Assembly (NCBI GenBank): GCA_022822185.1 | Contig: JAJECE010000050.1 | Location: 63,650-127,649, forward strand | Direction of reading: 5' to 3' | DNA: 64,000 nt | Origin: Rhodothermales bacterium | Lineage (GTDB): Bacteria; Bacteroidota; Rhodothermia; Rhodothermales; Bin80 | Part shown: piece after piece, positions 30,092-40,743 of the stretch | Layout: each line of letters opens with the position of its first letter | Position numbering within the stretch: position 1 is the first letter of the stretch | Notes under the pieces: generated by a model | What the model saw: the letters and a program-made list of their open reading frames with translations, nothing else | Told to the model about the DNA's origin: nothing | The model's database searches: none | Program-made: the position numbers and the translations under genes

Positions 30092-31144
30092 ATGAATCGA
30101 CGTAAATTTTCTCAGCGTACTGCCCAGGCAGTGGCATCAATATTTTTTCCCGTGAATATCCTCAGTAAACGACCTGTGCCCAATGAATTGATCGGTCACG
30201 GAGACTACCGCTATCGTGTACATCGAACATGGGGGAATCTGGATCCAAAGGCGATACCCATTAATAACTGCCACGAGATGGTACAGGATCGTTCTGGGCG
30301 GCTGTTCATGATCGGAGATGAATTGCGCAACAATATCCTGATCTACAATACCTCAGGGAGGCTTCTTGATACTTGGGGGACGGATTATCCCTTTGGGCAC
30401 GGATTAACCATTTGGGATGAAGGTGACGAAGAATTTCTGTTCATTTGCGACAACGGGTTCAATGGGAATCCGCAGGTGGTCAAGACCACACTGGCTGGAG
30501 AAGTGGTTTTGAGATTACCGCATCCCAGCGCGTTGGGGGTGTACGGGGAGTCCGACACCTATCATCCTACAGAAACAGCGATTGCTCCGAACGGAGATAT
30601 CTATGTAGCCGACGGATACGGATCCCAGTGGATTCTCCAGTTTAATTCCAAAGGAGAATATATCCGCAAGTTTGGAGGGAGAGGAGATGAAGATCACCAG
30701 TTTCAAACGGCGCACGGTGTATGTGTGGATCCTCGAAATCCAGAGATGCCCTCACTGCTGTGTACAAGTCGAGGACATAATGCCTTCAAGAGGTTCTCAT
30801 TGGATGGAGACTATCTTTCCACGATTTTCCTGCCGGGTGCCTATGTATGCCGCGCAGTCATCCATGGGGAAATGATGTATTCGGGCGTATGCTGGTCTCG
30901 GCTTCGCTATCTGAACCAAACCCCTGATTCCGGTTTTGTCACGATCCTGAATAAAGATGATCGTGTCGTATCCAATCCAGGGGGAACCCCGCCGATCTAT
31001 GAGAACGGGGAATTGCAACTCATGCTGCAGCATGAACCGGTCTTCAATCATTGTCACGATGTATGTGTGGATCAGGACGAGAACCTGTATGTTTGCCAAT
31101 GGAACGCAGGAAAAACCTATCCCATCAAACTGGAACGGATTTAG
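30092..31144 (+). CDS. Tat-exported NHL-repeat six-bladed beta-propeller (PAL-like)
   Basis: 'MNRRKF' Tat motif; 'PTETAIAPNGDIYVADGYG', 'HDVCVD...LYVCQWN'. Confidence 0.8.
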   Translation: MNRRKFSQRTAQAVASIFFPVNILSKRPVPNELIGHGDYRYRVHRTWGNLDPKAIPINNCHEMVQDRSGRLFMIGDELRNNILIYNTSGRLLDTWGTDYPFGHGLTIWDEGDEEFLFICDNGFNGNPQVVKTTLAGEVVLRLPHPSALGVYGESDTYHPTETAIAPNGDIYVADGYGSQWILQFNSKGEYIRKFGGRGDEDHQFQTAHGVCVDPRNPEMPSLLCTSRGHNAFKRFSLDGDYLSTIFLPGAYVCRAVIHGEMMYSGVCWSRLRYLNQTPDSGFVTILNKDDRVVSNPGGTPPIYENGELQLMLQHEPVFNHCHDVCVDQDENLYVCQWNAGKTYPIKLERI

Positions 31145-31666
31145 CCTGTTTTGACAAATATTTCTATGATCCGTGGACGGTTCATGTTAATGCGCGTTCA
31201 CGGAATCGCAGCATCCATGGAATGAACGATCATGTCCCATTACTGATCAAGTATGATTGTGCTGGAAAAATTTGTGGGGATTGTATCCCTAACCGTATCA
31301 TAAGGAGATACCGTGAATTGGACTCAAGAATTGGGAACTACTGGAACGAACGCTGCTCACCATGCGGTTATCTGCTTCCTAAATGCTAATGGCAGATTAT
31401 GAGCCATGGACAGACCAACCCTGACACCCGCCCATTGTGGACGCAGAGGAGTTAACAAAGCGCACAGGGGGAACGTTTGCAGGCTAAAAAGCCCCCGTCG
31501 TGTGGTTTCGCAGAAAACAGGAAAATGCAGTATCTTTATAGACACTGATTGTAATCCAGACACATTGTGCAGTCATATCAACCCTGAAGACTAAGGTTGA
31601 GAAGCCCGGACAGCACGTTATTTTGACACCAGACCACAAATCTATGTCTTTGTTGTACCCACAATC

Positions 31667-34600
31667 ATGAGATTCAAGTTCGCGGCTATTGCTGGATTCG
31701 TTGTTCTGCTATTGACACTTACGGCTACCCTGCTACAGAAAGGAGAGATTTCAGAGTCTGATTCTTCAGAGACTTTGCACCACGAAGATACCTCTCCCTC
31801 AAAAGGGGATCCTGATCGCTTTTTCAAATACCACCGTGATATTAGAACCCCCATAGATGGCACAGAGGAGTATTCAGCAGGATATCAGATCAGGGAATTC
31901 CAGAAAGCGCTTGCAATGGCGAAAACCCCCGGGATCAAACTGGACTGGAGTGAACGGGGACCGGGAAATGTCGGTGGACGGACGCGGGCGCTTCTTGTAG
32001 ATCCAGAGGATCCAAATATGCATACATGGTATGCAGGATCTGTGTCCGGCGGACTGTGGAAGACGACAGACGGGGGAGAAAACTGGGTGTCTCTGACGGA
32101 CCATTTACCAAATCTGTCCGTCTCAGCCCTGGCCATGGTAGAAAGCAATCCCAATATTATCTACATGGGGACTGGCGAAAGTATGGCACAAGCCGGTTCG
32201 GTCGCAGGATATGGTATTTTCAAGTCATCTGACAAAGGTGAGACCTGGACACAACTGGCTTCAACCGCAGATCGTGATCAGTTCAGATATGTGAACCGGC
32301 TAGCCGTAGATCCTTCAAATCCAGATGTGGTGCTGGCAGCCACCAATTACGGGATTTTCCGATCCACCGACGGTGGATCGAGTTGGGAACAGACCTCACA
32401 GGAAAGGGTCGTACAGGATTTACGAGCACAACCGGACAATTTCAACCGGCAGATTGCGTCTGCTAGACAAAGCGGGGAAATCCTGGTTTCAGATGATGCA
32501 GGGCAAACCTGGGAGTTTGCCTGGATTAACCATATCGACGAAATGCGCAGAACCGAATTGGCGTATTCGCCCTCGCATCCAAACATCGCATATGCCTCTG
32601 TAGACGGAGCCGTTGAAGCACAACTCTATCGGAGTGATGACGGTGGTTTGAATTGGTGGCCAACATCAGAAACAACGGACTGGAGTGGGTGGATGGGTGG
32701 ACAGGGATGGTTTGATAATTCGATTGCAGTACATCCTTACGATCCGAACATTGTGTTCGTTGGTGGAATTGAACTGTTTCGTCTTGTACTGTCTGGTGAA
32801 AAAATACCTGGAGACCCATTGCCGGGCAGGCTGAATGATGGAGGCACGGATTCGTGGCTCGAATTTCGGAATATTGATGGGGAGGCGTTTGACGGCAGAG
32901 CCTATTCCGGAAGATTCCGGTCACTCGACACCGAAGAGGAGGATTTTACCAACATCGAAATAAGGTTCGGCCAAGGTTCGCAAAAAGCCCACCGTTTCTG
33001 GGTTTCCAAAACCGCGGGCAGATATGGCAATGGAGGCCCCGAGGTTCCCTTCTTTCGCTACATGTTTGCCGATTATGTTGATATTCCTTTTCAGGTATGG
33101 GATGTGGACAATAACCGTCAGCTTATGGTTTCTTTTCGTGATCAGGCGGAGGATGGCAAATTCAATCTGATTGAATACTATCGCAGCGAAGATCTGGAGA
33201 CCCGTGATTTGCAGAGTTATGAATTCATTTTTATTCATAAATACGATTACAGTGATGCTGCTCCTGATTCCCGTATCGCCCAAAATGGGGGCGTTGACAA
33301 AGGGATGGTTTATGGTCTGTTACCGGTTCTGGCATCCGGCGCTGCATGGACTCCGGATCACCTGCCAAATCAGACGGTCACACTAGAATTCATCTATAAC
33401 AGTTATTCCTATGTTCGATCCTTAGATGAGGAAATTGATCCAAGGAGGACGGTGCATGTGGACCATCATGGTATCTATCCATTACCAATTAATGAAGCTG
33501 AAAACAAATTCTGGATCCTGAATGTAAATGACGGGGGAGTTGCCGTATCCAAAGACAACGGCAAAACCTTTCGTGAGACGGACAGAGCCCACTCCGGTTA
33601 TAATACTTCGCAGGTTTATGGTGTAGCAAAGGCACCGGGAATATCCGATTATGTCACAGGCCTGCAAGATAATGGGAGTTGGAGATCGGGTGCCGCACCG
33701 ACCAGTGGAAGTGGATGGAAATTCCTTCACAGTGGTGATGGTATTGAAACAGTCTGGCATCCCAGGGACAGCCGCAAAATCCTGATCACTGCACAAAGAG
33801 ACCTCGTAGCCCGAACGACTGATGGCGGTGGAAGATGGGATCGAACGTCCCCCTTTGATGCCATAAATGGCATCTTTCTCACATCTATTGATAACAGTGA
33901 TCGTGCTCCAGACGACGTATATCTGGTAAAGGCGGAGGGGGTTATGGTTTCGAGAGACTTCGGATTGACCTGGAATCTGACAGCAATTGAAGATTCGTGG
34001 AATTCCTGGGATGGATGTAAGGTTAGAGTTTCGCTTTCCAGATCAAATGTAGTATGGGCAGGCTGCGGACTGTATCCTTATCGGATGCTGCATGTTTCCA
34101 GAGACAGGGGCCAGTCCTTCAATCAAGCCGCCTTGCCCACAATGGACAATGCGCCTTGGGGTGAAATTTCCGGACTCGCAACGCATCCACTTGAAGATGG
34201 GACGGCATATGCACTCTTTTCCCTGCCATCTCAACCCAAGATTCTGGAGACGAAGGATTACGGACAGACCTGGACGGATCTATCCGGTTTTTCGCCATCA
34301 GGAACCAGTATGAACGGATTCCCGAACGTCGCTGTGTATGACTTGATCATTATGCCGCATGCACCGCATGTATTCTGGGCGGGCACAGAGATTGGTCTCT
34401 TTGTGTCAAATAATCATGGTGCTCAGTGGAATTATGCGGATAACGGTTTACCTGCTGCATCTGTGTGGAGAATGAAGATTCGGGATGATGAACTCATTGT
34501 CGGCACGCATGGGCGCGGTGTATGGACGCTGCCTCTATCGGAAATTGACATTTACACATCCACGGAAGAATTAGCTTCCGAATTGCCGTCTGAATTTAGC

Positions 34601-34855
34601 CTGAGCCAGAACTATCCGAATCCATTTAATGCGTCAACGAATATAGAATTTTCCATATCTCACGATTCACATGTCCGTCTTGCTGTTTTTGATGTGACCG
34701 GACGGAAGGTGTCGGATTTAACGGACCGGGTTTATGCGCCTGGGATACACAGATTACAATGGAATGCCAATGCTTATTCCAGTGGCATATACATCTACCG
34801 GATGGAGTTGGACGGCAGTATGGTTCACACGCGCAGAATGACCCTTCAGAAGTAA
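31667..34855 (+). CDS. BNR/Asp-box (sortilin/GH74-like) propeller protein with T9SS type-A sorting domain
   Basis: 'GPGNVGGRTRA', many S/TxDGGxTW repeats, C-terminal 'LSQNYPNPFN'. Confidence 0.85.
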   Translation: MRFKFAAIAGFVVLLLTLTATLLQKGEISESDSSETLHHEDTSPSKGDPDRFFKYHRDIRTPIDGTEEYSAGYQIREFQKALAMAKTPGIKLDWSERGPGNVGGRTRALLVDPEDPNMHTWYAGSVSGGLWKTTDGGENWVSLTDHLPNLSVSALAMVESNPNIIYMGTGESMAQAGSVAGYGIFKSSDKGETWTQLASTADRDQFRYVNRLAVDPSNPDVVLAATNYGIFRSTDGGSSWEQTSQERVVQDLRAQPDNFNRQIASARQSGEILVSDDAGQTWEFAWINHIDEMRRTELAYSPSHPNIAYASVDGAVEAQLYRSDDGGLNWWPTSETTDWSGWMGGQGWFDNSIAVHPYDPNIVFVGGIELFRLVLSGEKIPGDPLPGRLNDGGTDSWLEFRNIDGEAFDGRAYSGRFRSLDTEEEDFTNIEIRFGQGSQKAHRFWVSKTAGRYGNGGPEVPFFRYMFADYVDIPFQVWDVDNNRQLMVSFRDQAEDGKFNLIEYYRSEDLETRDLQSYEFIFIHKYDYSDAAPDSRIAQNGGVDKGMVYGLLPVLASGAAWTPDHLPNQTVTLEFIYNSYSYVRSLDEEIDPRRTVHVDHHGIYPLPINEAENKFWILNVNDGGVAVSKDNGKTFRETDRAHSGYNTSQVYGVAKAPGISDYVTGLQDNGSWRSGAAPTSGSGWKFLHSGDGIETVWHPRDSRKILITAQRDLVARTTDGGGRWDRTSPFDAINGIFLTSIDNSDRAPDDVYLVKAEGVMVSRDFGLTWNLTAIEDSWNSWDGCKVRVSLSRSNVVWAGCGLYPYRMLHVSRDRGQSFNQAALPTMDNAPWGEISGLATHPLEDGTAYALFSLPSQPKILETKDYGQTWTDLSGFSPSGTSMNGFPNVAVYDLIIMPHAPHVFWAGTEIGLFVSNNHGAQWNYADNGLPAASVWRMKIRDDELIVGTHGRGVWTLPLSEIDIYTSTEELASELPSEFSLSQNYPNPFNASTNIEFSISHDSHVRLAVFDVTGRKVSDLTDRVYAPGIHRLQWNANAYSSGIYIYRMELDGSMVHTRRMTLQK

Positions 34856-35093
34856 TTCATGGGCGGAGACTGCGTGTAGAGTGAGGATGCCCAATCGGGA
34901 GGGAGTCTGGTGGCGGGGATAGTGTTTGTACACGACTTGCAGGTGAGGATCCTGATGACCATATCGGATCTATTCAATAATCTATGATTACTTCGCACTT
35001 GATTGTCCAAAAGTAAGTGACACCGAGCAGCAAGACCGACTGTGGCAATGTATTTGTACGTTCATGGACTTTGCTGCGAAAATTGACCGTTGA

Positions 35094-36770
35094 CTACGGC
35101 ATAGAGGTGCAAGACCGTGAATCGTGATCGTGTTGTAATCCAGATGTTACGCCGCTCTGGTATGAGACTTTTTCAAATACCACCTTTCGATTGCGCGTGC
35201 TGTTCGCCTCAAAATGTGTGATGGTTTGATGGTCAGGATTGGCAAAAAATCGGATTACCGGCATGAACCATGAATTACTGGTGAAGACATGTTCAAGTGT
35301 ACTTGAAAACTCAAAGCTCCTGCCCCGAGGACCGGTTGCAATCAGTTGATCATCCTGAATATGCATCCGGTAGGACACGCCGAGTTCCCTGCTGTGATAG
35401 CATCCTTCAATTGGGGCAAGGTTCAGTTCTTGGGGTAATGGGACACGCTTGGCCGCAAGCTCACCTGTGAAGGCTTGCACAATCTGATCCAGTGTGTCAC
35501 GTGAGAAAGCGACCGTCAAATTGAGTGCTGGAACGTACAGAGAATCTGTCCCGATTGACTGGACCGGCACGCCCGGAGTCGGAGGCAGGTAAGCGAAAAG
35601 TGATGGACCATTCACGGAAAGTCGTAAAATGTGCGCTTCACCAAAGTCATAGATTCCCTCATAATCACTTGGCATCTGATCAAAATTCAAGGGAACTGGA
35701 GGCATTTCCGGTGGCCCCATGAACGCTCCCAGATAATGTTCTGCGACACGTTCGGCCATCATGGTGGCATTCAGAGATGCATGGTTGCCGAGTATAATGA
35801 CCGTGAACTCATGATCGGGAATCCGCAGAATGACCGTCCGAAAACCAGCCCATCCGCCCGAATGGGAATGTGTCTTCAATCCTCGGTATACCCCTCTGAC
35901 CAGTCCAAAGCCATAGGGAATGACCGTACTATCGCCGAGATGGCCCTGTAAATTCATCATCGCATGCACCGCAGGAGTCCCCAGACTCGGTTCCTCAAAG
36001 TTTCGGACCCATTTGAGCAGGTCGTCGGTTGTTGCATGCAGTGAACTGGATCCAGTGGCCATCAGACCGTTCCCGACACGATGAAAACGCCCCGTCTGCA
36101 GGCGGTAGCTGGTTACGCGTCCAGATACAATCTCTTCATGATCATCCTGAAAAAATGTATGGGTCATGCCGAGCGGGGAAAAGATTCTGTCCTCCATGAA
36201 TGATCGGAAAGACTGCCCGCTGACACGCTCAATAATCAGGGCTAGAAGCGTATATCCTGTATTTGAATAACTGAATTTTGTCCCTGGGACAAAATTCAGG
36301 GTTTGCTGGTGCATCACAAAGGAGCGGATTTCCTCCATAGAGATCATATCCTCCATCTCACGCCCGGATAGGCCGAGCATGCCCGGCCAGTCTCTAAGCC
36401 CACTGGTATGATAGATCAGGTTTTGGACTGTAATTGTGCGGCCAAAATCCGGCAGTTCCGGCAGATAGGTCCGCACATCTTCATCCAGTGCAATCTTTCC
36501 TTCGTCAATCAGCATTGCAATTGCGAATGCACAGAATTGTTTGGACACCGAGGCAACATCAAAGACACTGGCGGAGGTAACAGGAACATTGTGTTCCAGA
36601 TTGGCCATCCCATACCCCTTATGATGAATGACTTCTCCCCGGTACAGCACGGCAACCATGGCACCGGGGCTTTTACTGGAGTCCCAGGGGCGGAAGATTC
36701 TGTCTACCTGTCCATAGACCGGGACCGTCATTACTGTGATCAACCATAGAAGGAGGAGCCGGTACATCAT
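35094..36770 (-). CDS. Serine hydrolase, beta-lactamase class C/PBP family
   Basis: SVSK, YSN, HSG motifs; signal peptide. Confidence 0.88.
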   Translation of the reverse strand: MMYRLLLLWLITVMTVPVYGQVDRIFRPWDSSKSPGAMVAVLYRGEVIHHKGYGMANLEHNVPVTSASVFDVASVSKQFCAFAIAMLIDEGKIALDEDVRTYLPELPDFGRTITVQNLIYHTSGLRDWPGMLGLSGREMEDMISMEEIRSFVMHQQTLNFVPGTKFSYSNTGYTLLALIIERVSGQSFRSFMEDRIFSPLGMTHTFFQDDHEEIVSGRVTSYRLQTGRFHRVGNGLMATGSSSLHATTDDLLKWVRNFEEPSLGTPAVHAMMNLQGHLGDSTVIPYGFGLVRGVYRGLKTHSHSGGWAGFRTVILRIPDHEFTVIILGNHASLNATMMAERVAEHYLGAFMGPPEMPPVPLNFDQMPSDYEGIYDFGEAHILRLSVNGPSLFAYLPPTPGVPVQSIGTDSLYVPALNLTVAFSRDTLDQIVQAFTGELAAKRVPLPQELNLAPIEGCYHSRELGVSYRMHIQDDQLIATGPRGRSFEFSSTLEHVFTSNSWFMPVIRFFANPDHQTITHFEANSTRNRKVVFEKVSYQSGVTSGLQHDHDSRSCTSMP

Positions 36771-38089
36771 TACTTTATCTTCTCAAACCAGACATTCTGC
36801 GAACGTCCGGAACTGATATGAACTCCGGTCAGGCGGTCATCTTCCCGTTTGAACTCAAAGGAATTCATGTACCATGTATCACTGGAAAAGGAGTCCCGTC
36901 CTGTTCGGGATAGTGTCGCCAATTCACCTCGTCGGGAACGCACACGAAGGGTATCCGACCTGATGGAGATATAAATTGTGCTTCCGAGTTCCCTGCTGTG
37001 ATAGGTCCCCTCGTACGCGCCCAGATTTTTTTCTTCAATGAAGAAAGCGGCGATCTTCTGTGCCATATTTGACGGATTAAATTCCTCCAGATTGCCAAGC
37101 ACGGCAATACCTAGGTCATATTCAGGAAATCGTCCTGCCCAGGTGCGGTATCCCCGGTGTGAGCCGCTATGACCAATGGACCGTGTCCCCCGAAACCATC
37201 CATGACTGATCCCGAATGCATAGGTGAGCGTGTCCCCATCGGAGAGAATTCCGCGGGAATGGACTAGATCACGCGTCTCAACGCCGCCGACATCGCCCCG
37301 CTTCAGTGCAATGAGCCATCGCCCCAGATCCAGCGCTGTCGTATAGAGCCCGCTGGCACCGACACTGGAATAATTCACACGCTGCGCTTTATATCCATCG
37401 GAGGCAGTGATATATCCGGAGGCGACATTTTCAATCATCTGCCCCCGTTCTGAACGAAACTGTGAACGGGTCATTCCAAGCGGACGGAAGAGATTCTCGT
37501 GCATCCAGTCACGGAAGGACTGTCCGCTTACGCGTGTGATGATTTCTGCTATCAGCGTATAGCCGGAGTTGCTATACATATATCGTTCTCCGGGATCAAA
37601 ATTCAGATCCTTTTGCTGATAAATGAGTCGCAAAATATCATCTTTGGTGATTACATCGTCCATTCGGTATCCCGCCAATGCCAGGAGGCTGAACTCGTCG
37701 CGCAGTCCGCTGGTGTGATGCACTAAATGCCGAATGGTCATCGGATACTGAAAGTTTGGAAGTTCCGGTATGTAGTCGGTGACCGGGTCATCCAGTGAAA
37801 TCTTTCCCTGATTCGCAAGGAGTGCAATTCCGTAAGCGGTGAACTGCTTTGACACGCTTGCGGCCATGAAGACGGTATTGGGGGTAACCGGGATATCATG
37901 CTCTAGGTCAGCAATCCCATATCCCTTGGCAAATTGGACGCTATCGCCGCGCACAATGGCAACGGCGGCACCGGGCGTATCTATCTGATCCATCAAAGCG
38001 AACAGGGAATCCATGTGCGCCTCCAGTGACTGACCGAATGTGGGCCAGGCGAACATAAGCAGGCATGGAGTTAAAATCTTGCGTAACAT
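36770..38089 (-). CDS. Serine hydrolase, beta-lactamase class C/PBP family (tandem paralogue)
   Basis: SVSK, YSN, HSG motifs; signal peptide. Confidence 0.88.
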   Translation of the reverse strand: MLRKILTPCLLMFAWPTFGQSLEAHMDSLFALMDQIDTPGAAVAIVRGDSVQFAKGYGIADLEHDIPVTPNTVFMAASVSKQFTAYGIALLANQGKISLDDPVTDYIPELPNFQYPMTIRHLVHHTSGLRDEFSLLALAGYRMDDVITKDDILRLIYQQKDLNFDPGERYMYSNSGYTLIAEIITRVSGQSFRDWMHENLFRPLGMTRSQFRSERGQMIENVASGYITASDGYKAQRVNYSSVGASGLYTTALDLGRWLIALKRGDVGGVETRDLVHSRGILSDGDTLTYAFGISHGWFRGTRSIGHSGSHRGYRTWAGRFPEYDLGIAVLGNLEEFNPSNMAQKIAAFFIEEKNLGAYEGTYHSRELGSTIYISIRSDTLRVRSRRGELATLSRTGRDSFSSDTWYMNSFEFKREDDRLTGVHISSGRSQNVWFEKIK

Positions 38090-38278
38090 GGGAATGCAAA
38101 AATCACAATTTAATCATTGATAGTGAAGTTTCAAAGTTCAGTATCTGGAGACGGCCCCAAGCGATGAGCACAGTGAGCAAGAACGATGCTACAGGGGTAC
38201 GTTTGGTATACATGCCAAAAATATGTATTTTCGGATCATACAACTCTTTTCTTAACATGGACAAATCAATCGCTTATC

Positions 38279-40279
38279 ATGCCAACAGTTGACAGCATTC
38301 TCGTTAACATAGCCGCCGAGAAGCTCATTCTTCCGGAATTTCAACGCGGATATGTTTGGAAGCGGAGGCAAGTACGAGATTTCTTTGACTCACTGTACCG
38401 GAAACATCCAGTAGGAAGTCTTCTCACATGGACCACTAAACGAGATGACGTTCATGTAGATCTATTATTGGATGGGCAGCAGAGAGTAACTTCGCTCTAT
38501 GGTGTGATTAAAGGCAGTCCCCCTAATTTCTTCTCTGGAGACGAAAAGGCATTCAAAGGCCTCTATTTCCACGCTATAGAAGAAAGGTTTGAATTTTATC
38601 AACCAATCAAAATGAAAGGTGATCCATTCTGGTTTGACGTGACAAAGGTCATGAAAGCAGGACCTGGTGGGATAGAAAACATCATACTTGAACAATGCGC
38701 AACTAATTTTGACTCGCCCGAAACTACTTCACAGTTGAAATTGCAGATTAAAATTGGACACCGCCTAAACCGTTTGCTTGATTTACGAGAAAAGGATTTC
38801 CATATTGACGAAGTTATAGCCAAGGAAGGTGAATCTGATGAAGTCGTTGATATTTTTAACCGCTTGAATAGTGCAGGCACCCGATTATCAACGGGTGATT
38901 TGGCACTGGCGAAAATTTCTGCAAAATGGCCGAACGCAAGAGAAGCAATGCGCAAAAATGTCAGAAAATGGAAAAAACAGGGCTTCTACTTCACACTGGA
39001 TTGGCTTTTGAGATGTGTCAATGCGGCCGTACATGGAGAGGCAGCTTTCCGACACTTGCACACCACCCCACGAGATACATTCGAAAATGGACTTAAAAAG
39101 ACTGTTGTGCATGTGGATGAGGCACTGAACCAGATTGCAGTTAAGCTGGGACTAGATCACGACCGAGTACTGTTTGCCAAATATGCGATTCCCGTTATCG
39201 TTCGGCATTTGGAATTGCACGAAGCTAAATTCCTGGACCAGAAAGAGTGGAACTTGCTGCTCTACTGGTACTTGAGGGCGGGAATGCATGGACGCTTTTC
39301 CGGGAGTACCGAAACAAAAATCAAGCGAACTTTGGAAAAGATTGACGGCACACCAAAAGGGATAGAACGGCTGCTTGCAGAGATTGGGACGACCTGGGGG
39401 CGTCCTCAAATTATTCCCGCTGACTTTGACTCCTGGTCAATCGGGGCCTACTCCTATCCGATACTCTACTGGATGACGAGAATGGGCGGGGCCAGAGATT
39501 TTTGTACCGGAATTCAACTTAAGACCGGGCTACTGGGGAAGGGGGCAAAATTGCAGGTTCATCATATCTTCCCCAAAGCGGTACTTTATAAAGCAGGATA
39601 CCCGCGGCCCCAAGTGAATGCAGTTGGAAACTTCTGCTTCCTTACCGCGAATTGCAATCAATGGATCAGCGCTGCTGCACCGGCCGAACCCTCCAGATTT
39701 GTGAAAGGGAGTCATGATGATGACCTTCGCCGCATGGGTACAGAAGGATACTTCCCCTGGGTTCAAGAGCATCACCCGGAAGTACTGGAATCTCAGTGGA
39801 TTCCGATGGATGCGGAGTTGTGGAAGGTTGAGAATTACCCTGATTTTCTAGAGGCGCGACGTCAACTGCTGGCAGACGCTGCAAACAGGTATTTAACGGA
39901 ACTCAGTCCTGAACATTCCCAAAATAAAGATACTGCCTATGGGCAACGCAGTGGAATTGCACCGTCCAAACCTGATTCCCATATTTCCAGTGTCGACGAA
40001 GAGGAGGAATTGAAAAATCTTCAAACATGGATGGCATCCCACGGACTGCCGGCCGGTGAATTCGGCTATGACTTGGCGGGCGAGTCTGAAACTGGTAATC
40101 GTGTAATCATCGACTTGGCCTGGCCGAATGGGATTCAAGAGGGGCAGGGACGGCCTGTGGCACTGCTTCTGAATGAGCCCGCTGAAACCTATCAGATCGT
40201 CAACCAGACCGGCTATGACTGTTACATTGATGTTGGCACCTTTAAGCAGTACGTGAGAGACACAATCATTGGAGAATGA
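38279..40279 (+). CDS. GmrSD-like (DUF262 + DUF1524-type) modification-dependent restriction enzyme with extra C-terminal domain
   Basis: 'PEFQRGYVW', 'DGQQR', 'IFNRLNSAG', 'HHIFP...NAVGNFCFL..CN'. Confidence 0.8.
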   Translation: MPTVDSILVNIAAEKLILPEFQRGYVWKRRQVRDFFDSLYRKHPVGSLLTWTTKRDDVHVDLLLDGQQRVTSLYGVIKGSPPNFFSGDEKAFKGLYFHAIEERFEFYQPIKMKGDPFWFDVTKVMKAGPGGIENIILEQCATNFDSPETTSQLKLQIKIGHRLNRLLDLREKDFHIDEVIAKEGESDEVVDIFNRLNSAGTRLSTGDLALAKISAKWPNAREAMRKNVRKWKKQGFYFTLDWLLRCVNAAVHGEAAFRHLHTTPRDTFENGLKKTVVHVDEALNQIAVKLGLDHDRVLFAKYAIPVIVRHLELHEAKFLDQKEWNLLLYWYLRAGMHGRFSGSTETKIKRTLEKIDGTPKGIERLLAEIGTTWGRPQIIPADFDSWSIGAYSYPILYWMTRMGGARDFCTGIQLKTGLLGKGAKLQVHHIFPKAVLYKAGYPRPQVNAVGNFCFLTANCNQWISAAAPAEPSRFVKGSHDDDLRRMGTEGYFPWVQEHHPEVLESQWIPMDAELWKVENYPDFLEARRQLLADAANRYLTELSPEHSQNKDTAYGQRSGIAPSKPDSHISSVDEEEELKNLQTWMASHGLPAGEFGYDLAGESETGNRVIIDLAWPNGIQEGQGRPVALLLNEPAETYQIVNQTGYDCYIDVGTFKQYVRDTIIGE

Positions 40280-40743
40280 GTTTCTGCCTGATCCGGGGAT
40301 TGCAATCCATGAACCCCTGCTCCCGAATTGATACGCAACGCAAAACCGGGATCATCAAATACAGATACTGAAACTGCACAGTGTAAAATGTTGGATCAGT
40401 ATTTCACTGCAACTGTAATGGGGCGGTATTCCCCTCCCCTATTTGGTGTCTGTACGAATATAAGCCCAAATAAAATGCATGGACTGACAGGAAAATTCAT
40501 CAGGGAATGATGGAGTGCACTGGTTAACGCATTTTGAATTTGCCGAGTCGGATTGGGCCTGCCGGGTTGTCTGCTAAATTCTAAGTCGTGTCGGGTTTAT
40601 ATTATGAGAACGGAAACCAACAGAAATGCCGGGTTCCTAGAAACCATTTTTCGCTCTTCAGCCGAAAACCCTGAATTCTTGCAGTTACGTGAGAAAGTGC
40701 TATTATTCAGGTGGACATGCAAACGATCACTTAGTTCAATATC

